This document shows, piece by piece, positions 44,933-54,530 of a stretch of DNA of 64,000 nt (position 1 is the first letter of the stretch; each line of letters begins with the position of its first letter). The stretch lies in the NCBI GenBank assembly GCA_035279135.1, contig DATEII010000125.1, positions 740 through 64,739 on the forward strand, read 5' to 3'. This stretch comes from Steroidobacteraceae bacterium (lineage in GTDB: Bacteria > Pseudomonadota > Gammaproteobacteria > Steroidobacterales > Steroidobacteraceae). A program made the position numbers and the translations under genes. The notes below the pieces were generated by a model. The model saw nothing but the letters and a program-made list of their open reading frames with translations. It did not search any database and was not told the DNA's origin.

Positions 44933-45655
44933 TCAGAACGTGAGCATCAGACGCGCTTGTGGTTTGCCATCGGTGGTGGCACCCGCTTCGACCCAAAAGG
45001 ATTTCCGAAACATCCGGAGCAGGACTGCCACCTGGGTCTCTTCCTTCTGCAGATTTCCGGAATACTTCGTCGCGGACACGATGAAGAATGTGGCCAGCCC
45101 GTTGGCCTCGTGCTCGTAAGGCGCAATTCCGAATTGCAGCGTATCCATGCGATGGGTGAACGAGGCGGCGAACTGCGAGTCGGTGGCGAATGAGGTATAG
45201 ACGCGGCGCGTCTCGTAGTCGATCTGACCACCGACATTGCCGGCCGTTTCGTTGAAGGTGACCGCCTCTCCCGTGTTCACCGTGCCGCCATGATTGTGCC
45301 CGGTGCTTCCGAGCACGTCCGCCGATATGCGGATGCTCGACCGTCCGACTCCGCCCCAGATGAAAATATTCGACTGGGCCTTCTCGAGGTTCCAGCGTTT
45401 CACCAGCAGGTTCAGCCGGCCAAAGTTGATCTCGTGTTCGACGCCTGGTCCCCCACCGTCGAGTTCCAGATGCCCGACGCCGAAGGCGAGGTAATGCCCA
45501 GGTGCGTATGAGACCTGCACGTCCCGCATGACGTCTTCGGCGTATTCGGCCATCACCGTCGTGCTGTGGGAGTACAGGATCGGGCGAGCGAGGGCCGACC
45601 CTCCGGGGGCCAGGACAGCCAGCATGCAAATGAGACCGGGGGTCAGGGGCTTCAT
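44933..45655 (-). CDS. Hypothetical exported protein, predicted outer-membrane beta-barrel
   Basis: ATG 45655 gives the signal peptide MKPLTPGLICMLAVLAPGGSALA. The sequence shows alternating amphipathic beta-strand-like segments and ends in a terminal ...RLMLTF (C-terminal Phe). It lies 11 bp upstream of the HMA gene. Confidence 0.5.
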   Translation of the reverse strand: MKPLTPGLICMLAVLAPGGSALARPILYSHSTTVMAEYAEDVMRDVQVSYAPGHYLAFGVGHLELDGGGPGVEHEINFGRLNLLVKRWNLEKAQSNIFIWGGVGRSSIRISADVLGSTGHNHGGTVNTGEAVTFNETAGNVGGQIDYETRRVYTSFATDSQFAASFTHRMDTLQFGIAPYEHEANGLATFFIVSATKYSGNLQKEETQVAVLLRMFRKSFWVEAGATTDGKPQARLMLTF

Positions 45656-45830
45656 GAAAATTCCGGGATGGATGGTGGGTGACTGTGGTGTTTCCGGGAG
45701 CAGTCTTCGTCCCACACGCGGTGTCAGAGCGAGCGACACGGGCCCAGCCTTCTGGCCTACAACTTAGGACCCAACTGAAGGCGTCCCACGCTGGCTGGCG
45801 AAGCAGGGCCAGGTCGGCGGGCTGCCGGAA

Positions 45831-46994
45831 TCAGGCCCGGGCGGCTGACAATTCCGACGGCGCATTGCTCACCCCGTCGATCCAGCTTTCGCGTACCTGC
45901 AGGTCGTCATCGAGCAGCACGAGGTTGGCGCGCTGGCGGGCGGCGATGCGACCGATGTCACGCAGCACCAGGAAATCGGCCGGGTTTGCGCTGGCCATGC
46001 GCACGGCGTCCGCGATCGGCAGGTTCAACATGCGCACCGCGTTGCGCACCGCCGTGGCCATGTCGAGATCCGCGCCGGCCAGGCGGCCTTCCTCGTCGAC
46101 CAGTTTGCGGTCCGCCACCTTGATGGGACGGCCGTTCAGCACGAAGGATTTCATCGCGGCGCCGACACTCGGCATGGCGTCGGACACCAGCATGAAGCGT
46201 TCGTGGCGCTTGGCGCGCAACGCCAGTTTCATGACTTCCGGATGCACATGGTGGCCATCCACGATCAGTCCGCACCAGCTGCTCTCGTTCGCCAGGGCCG
46301 CGCCCACCGCACCGGGCTCGCGCGATCCCAGCGGCGACATGGCGTTGAACAGGTGAGTGAATCCACGCAGGCCGGCCGCGAACGCCGGCTGCAGCTGGTC
46401 GAAGGTGGCGTTGGTGTGCCCGGCGGACACGATGACGCCCGCGTCGCTCAACTGGCGGATGAAGGCCGGCGTGGTGCGTTCCGGCGCGAGCGTGACCATG
46501 GTCACGCCGCCGTGTTGCCGCGTCAGTAGTTTGACCGCGTCGGCGTCGAGCTCGCGCAGCTTGCTGGCATCGTGCACGCCGCGGCGTTCCTCGTTGAGGA
46601 ACGGGCCTTCGATGTGGATGCCGAGCACGCCGGGCACACCCGCGGCGATCGCATCGCGCACCGCGTCGATGGCGCGCGCGACCACGTCGAGGTCGTCGCT
46701 GATCAGCGTGGGCAGGAAGCCGGTAGTGCCGAACTGGCGATGCGCGCGCGCGATGGTCGCGACGGTTTCAACCGAGGGATCGTCGTTGAACAACTCGCCG
46801 CCACCGCCGTTGACCTGGCAGTCGATGAAACCCGGCGCCAGCAATGCGCCACGCAGGTCGATGACGCGATCCGCGCCGACGACTTCGCGGGCGCCAACCA
46901 GCGCTTCGATGCGGCCGCCACGCACCAGCAGCGTACGTTCGGACTCGATGCCCTGTTCGGTGAGGATCCGGCCATTGCGGAACGCCTGCAGCAT
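45831..46994 (-). CDS. nagA: N-acetylglucosamine-6-phosphate deacetylase
   Basis: ATG 46994 forms an ATGA overlap with the upstream gene. The protein has MLQAFRNGRILTE...LLAPGFIDCQVNGGGG, HIEGPFLN and ALVSDAM-like motifs. The upstream part of the 562-aa ORF in the track is spurious. Confidence 0.92.
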   Translation of the reverse strand: MLQAFRNGRILTEQGIESERTLLVRGGRIEALVGAREVVGADRVIDLRGALLAPGFIDCQVNGGGGELFNDDPSVETVATIARAHRQFGTTGFLPTLISDDLDVVARAIDAVRDAIAAGVPGVLGIHIEGPFLNEERRGVHDASKLRELDADAVKLLTRQHGGVTMVTLAPERTTPAFIRQLSDAGVIVSAGHTNATFDQLQPAFAAGLRGFTHLFNAMSPLGSREPGAVGAALANESSWCGLIVDGHHVHPEVMKLALRAKRHERFMLVSDAMPSVGAAMKSFVLNGRPIKVADRKLVDEEGRLAGADLDMATAVRNAVRMLNLPIADAVRMASANPADFLVLRDIGRIAARQRANLVLLDDDLQVRESWIDGVSNAPSELSAARA

Positions 46995-48019
46995 CAGAGT
47001 GTCTCGGTGACCTTGAGCAGGTGGGGAGGCCGGTCGGGATCGAGTCCGCGCGCGAGGCTGAGGTTGTTGGCCATGGCGTAAAAGGACTGGATCGCGAGCA
47101 CCGGCTCGAGCACCGGATGCGCGGTGATCGTGGGCAGCGTGATCGCGCCGCGCGCGCGTGCGCCGGCGAGCAATACGGTCGCGCCGCGCGCCGCGAACTC
47201 CGCGGCCAGCGCTTCGATGCCGGCGCGCGTTTCGTCGTCCTGGGTGAACATCAGCACCGGGAAGTCTTCGCGCACCAGCGCCATGGGTCCGTGTTTGACT
47301 TCGGCGGAGCTGAAGGCCTCCGCATGTAGTCCGCAGGTTTCCTTGAGCTTGAGCGCCGCTTCCTGCGCGATCCCGAGGCCAAAGCCGCGACCGACGACAT
47401 ACAGGTTGTGCGCGCCGGCGAGTGCATCGACACCCGCACTCCAGTCGCATTCCCAGGCCCGCGCGAGCTGTGAGGGCAGGCGCGCGAGTTCGGCGGAGAG
47501 TCCGAAGTCCTGCGCCCAATGAGCCACCAGCTGCACCACGCAGCTCAAGGTGGCGATATACGACTTGGTGGCCGCGATGCTGGTTTCAGTACCGGCGTGC
47601 AGGGGAATCGCCACATCGACTGCCTGCATGAGCGGCGCGCCGGGTGTGTTGCACAACGCCACCGTGTAGGCGCCGCCGCGACGCGCGCTTTCCGTGGCGG
47701 CGAGCAGGTCCGGGCTCTTGCCGGACTGCGAGATGGCGATGAACAACACGTCGCGCATGTCAGTGCTGGCGTCGTAGACCGAGCTCAGGGAAGGCGCGGC
47801 CGAGGAGGTGAGCGCCTGTGTGTGGGCTTCGATGAGATATCGCGCGTAGGTGGCGGCATGGTCCGAGCTGCCGCGCGCACAGGTCACGACGGCGCGCGGG
47901 GGACTGGCGCGCAGGCTCGCGCCCAGGCTCGCGAGCTGCGCGGCGTTGTGCGCGAGCTGCGCGGCGACCACGCCGGCGCCCTCGGCCGCTTCCAGGAACA
48001 TCCGCGTGGGTCCGTTCAC
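46994..48019 (-). CDS. SIS-domain GlcN-6-P deaminase/isomerase (NagB-II / GlmS-C-like)
   Basis: 341 aa with two SIS domains (VVTCARGSSDHAATYARYLIE; FIAISQSGKSPDLL). Located between nagQ and nagA, as in Xanthomonad nag operons. GTG start overlaps the nagQ stop. Confidence 0.85.
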   Translation of the reverse strand: MNGPTRMFLEAAEGAGVVAAQLAHNAAQLASLGASLRASPPRAVVTCARGSSDHAATYARYLIEAHTQALTSSAAPSLSSVYDASTDMRDVLFIAISQSGKSPDLLAATESARRGGAYTVALCNTPGAPLMQAVDVAIPLHAGTETSIAATKSYIATLSCVVQLVAHWAQDFGLSAELARLPSQLARAWECDWSAGVDALAGAHNLYVVGRGFGLGIAQEAALKLKETCGLHAEAFSSAEVKHGPMALVREDFPVLMFTQDDETRAGIEALAAEFAARGATVLLAGARARGAITLPTITAHPVLEPVLAIQSFYAMANNLSLARGLDPDRPPHLLKVTETL

Positions 48020-48819
48020 GTGGTGGCGCTCAGCTCCGCGACGAAGTCATAGATCTCGCCGCGGTAGTAGGACTGCGAGTACTCCACCGCGCGTCCGTCC
48101 TTGAGGTAACCGACGCGCGCCACCAGCAGGCCCGCTTCGCCTTCCTGCGCCTTGAGTAGTTTGGCCTGGTCGGCGGTCAGCAGCACGGCGCGCAGACGCT
48201 GCAGCGCGCGTACCGGCCGGTTGCCGGTGCGCTCGAGTGCTTCGTACAGCGAGTTCTCCACGTCGTCGAGCGAGGTCAGGCAACTCGCGATCACGGTGGC
48301 GTACTCGATGGCCATCGGCGCGTCATCGGCGTAACGGATGCGATGGAAGCGCAGCACCGGCGTGCCGGGACTGGAGCGCAGCGTCAGCGATTCCTCGGGG
48401 GTCACCGTGCCGGCCGCACGATTCATCCAGACGCTGCGTGGCTCGCGTCCGCGTGCACGCATGTCTTCGGAGAACGAAGTCAGCTTCGCAAAGTTCTTCT
48501 CGACCCGATTGCTGACGAAGGTGCCGGAACCCTGTTTGCGGATCAGCAGTCCCTCGTCGACGAGCTCGTCGATGGCCTTGCGCACCGTGATGCGTGAAAC
48601 GCCGAGCATTTCCGCCAGGTCGCGCTCGGGTGGCAACGCGTCGTCGGGGCCGATGGCCCCGTTTTCGATGGCGCCGCGCAGCGCGCGCTGCAGCTGTTGG
48701 TAGAGCGGCTGGGCGCTCGATTCATCGAGCGGTGGCAGAACTTGCGAAAGAGTTGGCAAGACGTTTTCCCCCTGAAGTATGCAAACCATGCCATCCGAAT
48801 AGAACCAATGCAATACCAT
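48016..48819 (-). CDS. nagQ: GntR/HutC-family regulator with UTRA domain (NagQ-like GlcNAc regulator)
   Basis: PLYQQLQRALRGAIENGAIGPDDALPPERDLAEMLGVSRITVRKAIDELVDEGLLIRKQGSGTFV is a HutC-type wHTH, followed by a UTRA-like C-terminus. The start is uncertain (ATG 48819 or 48789). Confidence 0.85.
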   Translation of the reverse strand: MVLHWFYSDGMVCILQGENVLPTLSQVLPPLDESSAQPLYQQLQRALRGAIENGAIGPDDALPPERDLAEMLGVSRITVRKAIDELVDEGLLIRKQGSGTFVSNRVEKNFAKLTSFSEDMRARGREPRSVWMNRAAGTVTPEESLTLRSSPGTPVLRFHRIRYADDAPMAIEYATVIASCLTSLDDVENSLYEALERTGNRPVRALQRLRAVLLTADQAKLLKAQEGEAGLLVARVGYLKDGRAVEYSQSYYRGEIYDFVAELSATT

Positions 48820-48912
48820 TTATCTTTTTGCGAGATGCGTGCATCAGCATAAGTTCATGATTCTACGCATCGAATGATTCGATCTGGCTGGCCTTACCGG
48901 CCGTCGTCCTAT

Positions 48913-48941
48913 TGGTATTAAAGTGGACACATAATGGTCCG
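48913..48941 (+). promoter_or_regulatory. Candidate NagQ operator: three direct heptamer repeats with 4-bp spacers (TGGTATT-aaag-TGGACAC-ataa-TGGTCCG)
   Basis: Read directly from the sequence. It lies ~95 bp upstream of nagQ in an AT-rich intergenic region. From memory, it matches the TGGTATT direct-repeat NagQ motif proposed by comparative genomics. Confidence 0.55.
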
Positions 48942-49349
48942 CAGTAATTTGACTCGGGATTCGCAGGTTCCCACAGGGCCGGCCGGGTCTGGGATTGCCA
49001 TTCCAGGCAGCGAAAACAGTGGAAGAGGCGGCGCGCCGCTGCGTGATCCGAACCGGGGAGCCATGGATGGGGTGTCTGCGCACCTCACGGATGAGGCTAC
49101 GTGGAAGGCCTGCGGCCAGCGTTTTTGTGCTGCCAGCGAGAAATTGCGAGGTTCACAAGGCATTTTTGTGTTGTCGTTTTTCAGGAGCCCCGCGTCCTCG
49201 GAACGCGCCTCAGGTTCGCCGCCACTCGAGTACGCACGATACGTGCATCGCCACCGAAGAGTCTGCCTGACTGTGCACGCACTTCATCAGCCGAAGACAC
49301 CCAGGACCCCTTTGTGGTGTTTTTCGCGAGACAAAAATCCGCCGCGCTT

Positions 49350-49367
49350 ATAACCAATCAAATACCA
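49350..49367 (-). promoter_or_regulatory. Candidate NagQ half-operator in inverted orientation (TGGTATT-tgat-TGGTTAT on the minus strand)
   Basis: The plus strand reads ATAACCAATCAAATACCA. It has the same heptamer and 4-bp spacing logic as the flanking sites. Confidence 0.4.
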
Positions 49368-49472
49368 AAAAGAGCGTGACTCCCAGTCAAGGGGGAAATG
49401 GTTCATTTATATTCAGATACTTATCAATGTAGCGCCCATTGGTATCAACTCCACTTGGCATTTCTCGCTGAT

Positions 49473-49501
49473 TGGTACTATAGTGGACCGCAATTGGTCC
49501 T
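49473..49501 (+). promoter_or_regulatory. Candidate NagQ operator: TGGTACT-atag-TGGACCG-caat-TGGTCCT, 30 bp upstream of the TBDR start
   Basis: Three direct repeats with 4-bp spacers. Additional single heptamers are TGGTATC (49440-49446) and TGGCATT (49456-49462) just upstream. Confidence 0.55.
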
Positions 49502-49531
49502 CATACAAAACAACAGGGGTAGGAGTTTCTA

Positions 49532-52219
49532 ATGAACATCCGACGATCGACCTTGCTCGGAACGGCGATTGCGTTCGCCTTGTATCACCAGTCCGCGATG
49601 GCCGATGCGGCCACGTCTCCTTCGACTGATCCGGCCGCGGGCGGCGAGGAGATCGGCGAAATCATCGTCACCGGCATTCGCGCCAGCATCCAGCAGTCCC
49701 TGGACGTCAAGCGCAACGCCGATACGCGGCTGGAAGTCGTCACCGCCGAGGACGTGGGCAAACTACCGGCTCACAACGTGGCCGACGCGCTGCGTGGTTT
49801 GCCCGGTGTGAACATCAGCTCGTCGAGCGCCGATGAAGGCGGCTTCGACGAATCCGATCGCGTCAGTCTGCGTGGCACCAGCCCGAGCCTGACTCAGACC
49901 CTCATCAATGGTCACAGCGTGGGTTCCGCCGACTGGTTCGTGTTGAGCCAGGGCAACAACGTCGGCCGCAGCGTCAGCTACACGCTGCTGCCTTCCGAGC
50001 TGGTCAACTCGGTGGAAGTGAACAAGTCGTCCAATTCCCGACTGCAGGAAGGCGGCACCACGGGCACCGTCAACATCATCACGCGCAAGCCGTTCCAGTT
50101 CGACAAGCCGTTCACGGTCGAAGCTTCGCTTGGCAGCGTCTATGCCGACCAGGCCGACTCCTGGGATCCGCAGATCTCGGGCCTCATGAACTACAAGAAC
50201 GAGAACGAGACCTTCGGCGTGTTGCTGCAGGTCTTCAGCCAGGAGCGTTCCCTGCGCCGCGACGCGCAGGAAATTCCGGGCGGCTTCTTCACGATCGCGA
50301 GCACGGATCCGGTGGCCGCCACGAACCCGGACCTCGTGGGCGTGCAGGTTCCCGGCCTCATCGGTGCGACGCTGTTCGAACAGGTCCGTGACCGCAAGGG
50401 CGGATTGCTGGAACTGCAGTTCAAGCCTTCCGACAGCCTGACCCTGGGACTGAGCGGCTTCTACTCGGACATGGATGCGAACAACTACAACCGCAACTTC
50501 ATGTTGTGGGGTGGCAATTTCGGGCGCGCGCAGGCGCCGAACCCGGGATACACGATCGAGAACGGCGTGCTGACCAGCGCGACGTACGCGGGCGTGGCCG
50601 GTCGCGATTACGCGGTGTACGACATGATCTCGCGCGAGGCGACGGCGAAGAGCAGCTACATCACCTTCGATGCCGACTGGAAGATCAACGACTCGCTGAC
50701 CTCGAATTTCCAGATCGGAACGACCGAAGGCACGGGCGAAACGGCACGCCAGTTCATCGCCGAAGTCACCACCAACCGCGGCGGCGGCGCCAGCTGGACC
50801 AGCCATGGCAAGAGCTCGCCACTCGACTGGAGCGTCGGCGGCGACAGCAGCCTCGCCGGTGTGACCGGTTTCGGCACCTGGGGCAATCAGCAGGTCAAGG
50901 CCACCGACTCGGAAGACTGGGCCAACCTGAGCTTCACGCAGAACCTGGATTCCGGTCCGCTGAACTCGATCGACTTCGGTGCACGCTATGCCGACCACGA
51001 GCGTCGGACCGATTCGCCGGAAGGCGCGAGCCCGGGCGACATCTGGTCGGATCTGCAAAACGGCGCGACCGCTCCGTACCCGAGCGACTTCGCCAAGAAC
51101 ATCGACGGCACCTTCCCGCGCGACCTCTGGTACTTCACCACGGGCGCACTCAAGGAAGCGATCCTCGCCAACTCCACCTGGCTGTCCGATGACGACAGCG
51201 CGACCGGCCGCCACAACTACGGCGGCGAGTGGAAGGTGGCCGAGAAGAATCTCGCCGCGTACGTGCAGGCGAATTTCGGCAATGATTCCTGGAGCGGCAA
51301 CGTGGGCCTGCGCTACGTCAACATCGACCAGGAGATCAATTCGTACCAGGCGGTTGCCAGCGCGGCGAATGCCGACGTGAGCAGCCTGTTCGGCAACTGG
51401 ATCTACCAGAACACCGACAACAAGCACAACAAGGTGCTGCCGAGCGCGAACCTGAAGTTCCACATGGCCGACGACGTGGTATTCCGCTTCGCCGCGTCGC
51501 AGACCATGACGCTGCCGGACTATTCGGCACTGGGTGCTTCCAGCTGGGGTTCGGATCTGAACAAGACCGGCGGCGGTGGCAATCCGAACCTGAAGCCGGT
51601 GATCTCCACCAACTTCGACGGCAACCTCGAGTGGTACTTCATGCCGCGCGGCCTGCTGTCGGTCGGTGCCTTCTCGATGGATCTGAAGGACTACGTGGCC
51701 TTCGGCACCGAGAACCGCCAGCTGTTCAGCGAGCTGACCAACCAGCTGGAGACCTACCTGGTCTCGGTTCCGGTCAACTCGAACGGATCGGTGACGGGCC
51801 TGGAGCTGGTGTACGAGCAGCCGATCGGCGACTCGTTCGGCGTCAACGCGAACTACACCTACTCGGACGGCAAGACCGCTCACACCTGGGCCGACGGCAG
51901 CAACAACCTGGTCGGCACTTCGAAGGACACCTACAACGTGGGCCTGTACTTCGAGAACCAGATGTTCTCGGCGCGTGCGAACTACACCTATCGCACGTCG
52001 TTCCTCATCGGCCTGTCGGGTGCCAACCCGTACTACCAGGACGACTTTGGAACCTTGTCGCTGGCGCTGAACTACAAGCCGACGGAATGGCTCAACATCA
52101 GCCTGGATGCGTTGAACCTCAACAATCCGGACCTGACTTACTACCAGAGCGCCACGGCCCCGACGGCGTTCTACAACAACGGTCGCCAGTACTACTTGAA
52201 CCTCCGCTTCAAGTTCTGA
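49532..52219 (+). CDS. TonB-dependent receptor (chitooligosaccharide/GlcNAc locus)
   Basis: RBS AGGAG precedes the signal peptide MNIRRSTLLGTAIAFALYHQSAMA. It has EIGEIIVTGIRAS, the plug domain NVADALRGLPGVN, and a C-terminal YYLNLRFKF. Confidence 0.92.
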   Translation: MNIRRSTLLGTAIAFALYHQSAMADAATSPSTDPAAGGEEIGEIIVTGIRASIQQSLDVKRNADTRLEVVTAEDVGKLPAHNVADALRGLPGVNISSSSADEGGFDESDRVSLRGTSPSLTQTLINGHSVGSADWFVLSQGNNVGRSVSYTLLPSELVNSVEVNKSSNSRLQEGGTTGTVNIITRKPFQFDKPFTVEASLGSVYADQADSWDPQISGLMNYKNENETFGVLLQVFSQERSLRRDAQEIPGGFFTIASTDPVAATNPDLVGVQVPGLIGATLFEQVRDRKGGLLELQFKPSDSLTLGLSGFYSDMDANNYNRNFMLWGGNFGRAQAPNPGYTIENGVLTSATYAGVAGRDYAVYDMISREATAKSSYITFDADWKINDSLTSNFQIGTTEGTGETARQFIAEVTTNRGGGASWTSHGKSSPLDWSVGGDSSLAGVTGFGTWGNQQVKATDSEDWANLSFTQNLDSGPLNSIDFGARYADHERRTDSPEGASPGDIWSDLQNGATAPYPSDFAKNIDGTFPRDLWYFTTGALKEAILANSTWLSDDDSATGRHNYGGEWKVAEKNLAAYVQANFGNDSWSGNVGLRYVNIDQEINSYQAVASAANADVSSLFGNWIYQNTDNKHNKVLPSANLKFHMADDVVFRFAASQTMTLPDYSALGASSWGSDLNKTGGGGNPNLKPVISTNFDGNLEWYFMPRGLLSVGAFSMDLKDYVAFGTENRQLFSELTNQLETYLVSVPVNSNGSVTGLELVYEQPIGDSFGVNANYTYSDGKTAHTWADGSNNLVGTSKDTYNVGLYFENQMFSARANYTYRTSFLIGLSGANPYYQDDFGTLSLALNYKPTEWLNISLDALNLNNPDLTYYQSATAPTAFYNNGRQYYLNLRFKF

Positions 52220-52225
52220 GCGAAT

Positions 52226-52272
52226 GGCCCGCAGTCCTCGCAGCCCCTCCTCCCGGGGGCTGCGGGCCTTTC
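52226..52272 (+). terminator. Possible rho-independent terminator after the TBDR gene
   Basis: Alternative GC-rich hairpins (GGCCCGCAG/CTGCGGGCC or GCAGCCCC/GGGGCTGC) are followed by TTTCATCC. The T-tract is weak. Confidence 0.3.
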
Positions 52273-52397
52273 ATCCTGGTTGCGCAACCGGCCGGCGGTG
52301 TTTCCCGACCCGCTGAGCCCCGCCGCATCGTTCTGTAATTGCAACCCGCGAATCAGGCAGGATGCAGGTTCTTCGAACAACCGGTCCGGGCCGCATC

Positions 52398-54527
52398 ATG
52401 AAGACGAATACGACACTGCTTTCGAAACTGGCCGTCGGCGCCTTGTTTGCCGCGCTCACGGCCTGTTCACAGCAGGGCAACCAGGCGAGGCCGAAGCCCT
52501 CCGCGCCGGTGAAGAGCCCGCTGGTGATTCCCGTGCCGCGCGAGTTCACGGCGGGCACCGGCGTATTCCGCGTCGATGCCGCGACGCCACTCATCTATTC
52601 CGGCGGTGCCGGCGCTGCCGAAGCCGCGCAGTATTTCGACACGCTGGCGCAGCAGGACCCGAAGCTCACTGTGCGTCGCCCGCGCGAAGATGATTCGGAG
52701 TCGAAGGCCATCTCCTTCCAGCTCGTCAGTGACGAGTCTTTCGGCCCCGAGGCGTATTCACTGGTGGTGAATCCGGACGGCGCCACCGTCAAGGCGCGCA
52801 CGCCGGCGGGACTCTTCTACGGCGGCATCACCCTGTGGCAGTTGCTGACGCTCACGGAGCCGCAGGGCGGCATCGGCCAGGTGCCGGCGCTCGAAATCCG
52901 CGACGCGCCGCGTTTCGCGTGGCGCGGCCTGATGCTCGATTCGGTGCGGCACTTCCAGTCGGTCGAATACATCAAGAAGTTCATCGACAACATGGCCCAG
53001 CACAAGTTGAACGTGCTGCATTGGCATCTGACCGACGATCAGGGCTGGCGCCTCGAGATCAAGAAGTATCCGAAGCTCACGTCGGTGGGTGCGTGGCGCG
53101 TGCCGGAAGGGCAGGCACCGCGCGCCGACATCGATCCCAAGACCGGCAAGCCGCGCCTCTACGGCGGCTTCTACACGCAGGCACAGGCGCGCGACATCGT
53201 GGCCTACGCCGCCTCGCGCCACGTCAAGGTGGTTCCGGAGGTCGAGATGCCGGGCCATGCGAGCGCGGCGATCGTGGCGTACCCCGAGCTCGGCGTCGAA
53301 CCGTTCGCCGGCAATCTGAAGGAAGTGCCCTCGGATTGGGGCGTCTACGAAAACCTGTTCAACGTCGAGGAGCCCACGTTCAAGTTCCTCGAGAACGTGC
53401 TTTCGGAAGTTATCGACGTGTTCCCCGGCGAGTACATCCACGTGGGCGGCGACGAAGCCGTCAAGCCGCAGTGGGAGAAGTCGCCGCGCGTGCAGTCACG
53501 CATGAAGGAATTCGGCGTGACCGATGCGCATCACCTGCAGGGTTACTTCATCCAGCGCATGGCGAAGTACATCGAGTCGAAAGGCCGGCGCGTCATCGGT
53601 TGGGATGAAATCCTCGAAGGCGGGATTCCGCCGAACGCGACCATCATGTCCTGGCGCGGCATCGATGGTGCGGTCGCCGCCGCCAAGGCCGGGCACGACA
53701 CCGTGCTCTCGCCCGCGCCGGATCTGTACTTCGACCATTGGCAGAGTCCCGGCGATCTCTCCCCGGGTCGCAGCAACACGCTGTCGCTCCGGATGGTCTA
53801 CGGCTTCAACCCCATCCCCGACTCGTTGAATGATTTACGCCAGCACATCCTCGGTGTGCAGGCGAATCTCTGGGCCGAGATGATGCGCACCGAGGCACGT
53901 GTCGACTACATGCTGTTCCCGCGCATCGCGGCACTCGCGGAGATCACCTGGTCGCCGGCCGAGCGCATCAACTGGGATGACTTCCAGCGCCGGCTCGATC
54001 CGCAACTGCGCCGCTATGACCAGGCCGGCATCGTCTGGGCACGCGAAGTCGAGCTGCGCCCGCTGCCGACGCGGCGCCTGAGCCACGATCTCGAGCAATG
54101 CGGCGAGGGCTATCTGCTTTCGCTCGAGGACGACGCGCCGCTCGACGGTGAGCGCGCGGTGTTCCTGGTCAACATCTCGAACCCGTGCTGGATATGGCGT
54201 GCCGCCGACCTGTCGAAGCAGCGCTCGCTGCGCGCCGTCGTCGGCCAGATCCCGTTCAATTTCCAGATCGGTGAGGACGCGGCCAAGATTCCGCTGCCCA
54301 AACCCGCCAGCAAGGATGGCGAGCTCGAAGTGCGGCTCGACGGCTGCGAGGGCGCGCCCGTGGCCACGGCCTCGCTGACGCCGGCCGTCGCCAACTTCGG
54401 GCTCACGGCGCTGCCGCCGATCCAACTACCCGTGAAGCCGGGCACGCACGACATGTGCTTCCGCTTCACGCGGGCCAAGGTCGATCCCATCTGGGTGATC
54501 GGCAGTCTCGAGCTCGCCGGGAACTGA
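52398..54527 (+). CDS. GH20 beta-N-acetylhexosaminidase, lipoprotein
   Basis: ATG 52398 gives MKTNTTLLSKLAVGALFAALTAC (lipobox LTAC). GH20 motifs are RGLMLDSVRHFQS, LNVLHWHLTDDQGWR and HVGGDEA (catalytic D-E). Confidence 0.9.
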   Translation: MKTNTTLLSKLAVGALFAALTACSQQGNQARPKPSAPVKSPLVIPVPREFTAGTGVFRVDAATPLIYSGGAGAAEAAQYFDTLAQQDPKLTVRRPREDDSESKAISFQLVSDESFGPEAYSLVVNPDGATVKARTPAGLFYGGITLWQLLTLTEPQGGIGQVPALEIRDAPRFAWRGLMLDSVRHFQSVEYIKKFIDNMAQHKLNVLHWHLTDDQGWRLEIKKYPKLTSVGAWRVPEGQAPRADIDPKTGKPRLYGGFYTQAQARDIVAYAASRHVKVVPEVEMPGHASAAIVAYPELGVEPFAGNLKEVPSDWGVYENLFNVEEPTFKFLENVLSEVIDVFPGEYIHVGGDEAVKPQWEKSPRVQSRMKEFGVTDAHHLQGYFIQRMAKYIESKGRRVIGWDEILEGGIPPNATIMSWRGIDGAVAAAKAGHDTVLSPAPDLYFDHWQSPGDLSPGRSNTLSLRMVYGFNPIPDSLNDLRQHILGVQANLWAEMMRTEARVDYMLFPRIAALAEITWSPAERINWDDFQRRLDPQLRRYDQAGIVWAREVELRPLPTRRLSHDLEQCGEGYLLSLEDDAPLDGERAVFLVNISNPCWIWRAADLSKQRSLRAVVGQIPFNFQIGEDAAKIPLPKPASKDGELEVRLDGCEGAPVATASLTPAVANFGLTALPPIQLPVKPGTHDMCFRFTRAKVDPIWVIGSLELAGN

Positions 54528-54530
54528 CGC

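Noticed and set aside
45831-47519. A 562-aa ORF suggesting a much longer NagA; likewise N-terminal extensions of ORFs at 106, 1926, 9705, 29683..30570, 33671, 35501, 40049, 56792 and 60143.
   Set aside because: The upstream parts overlap the preceding gene in another frame and are not protein-like. Internal starts with RBS, signal peptides or ATGA/GTGA coupling give canonical N-termini.
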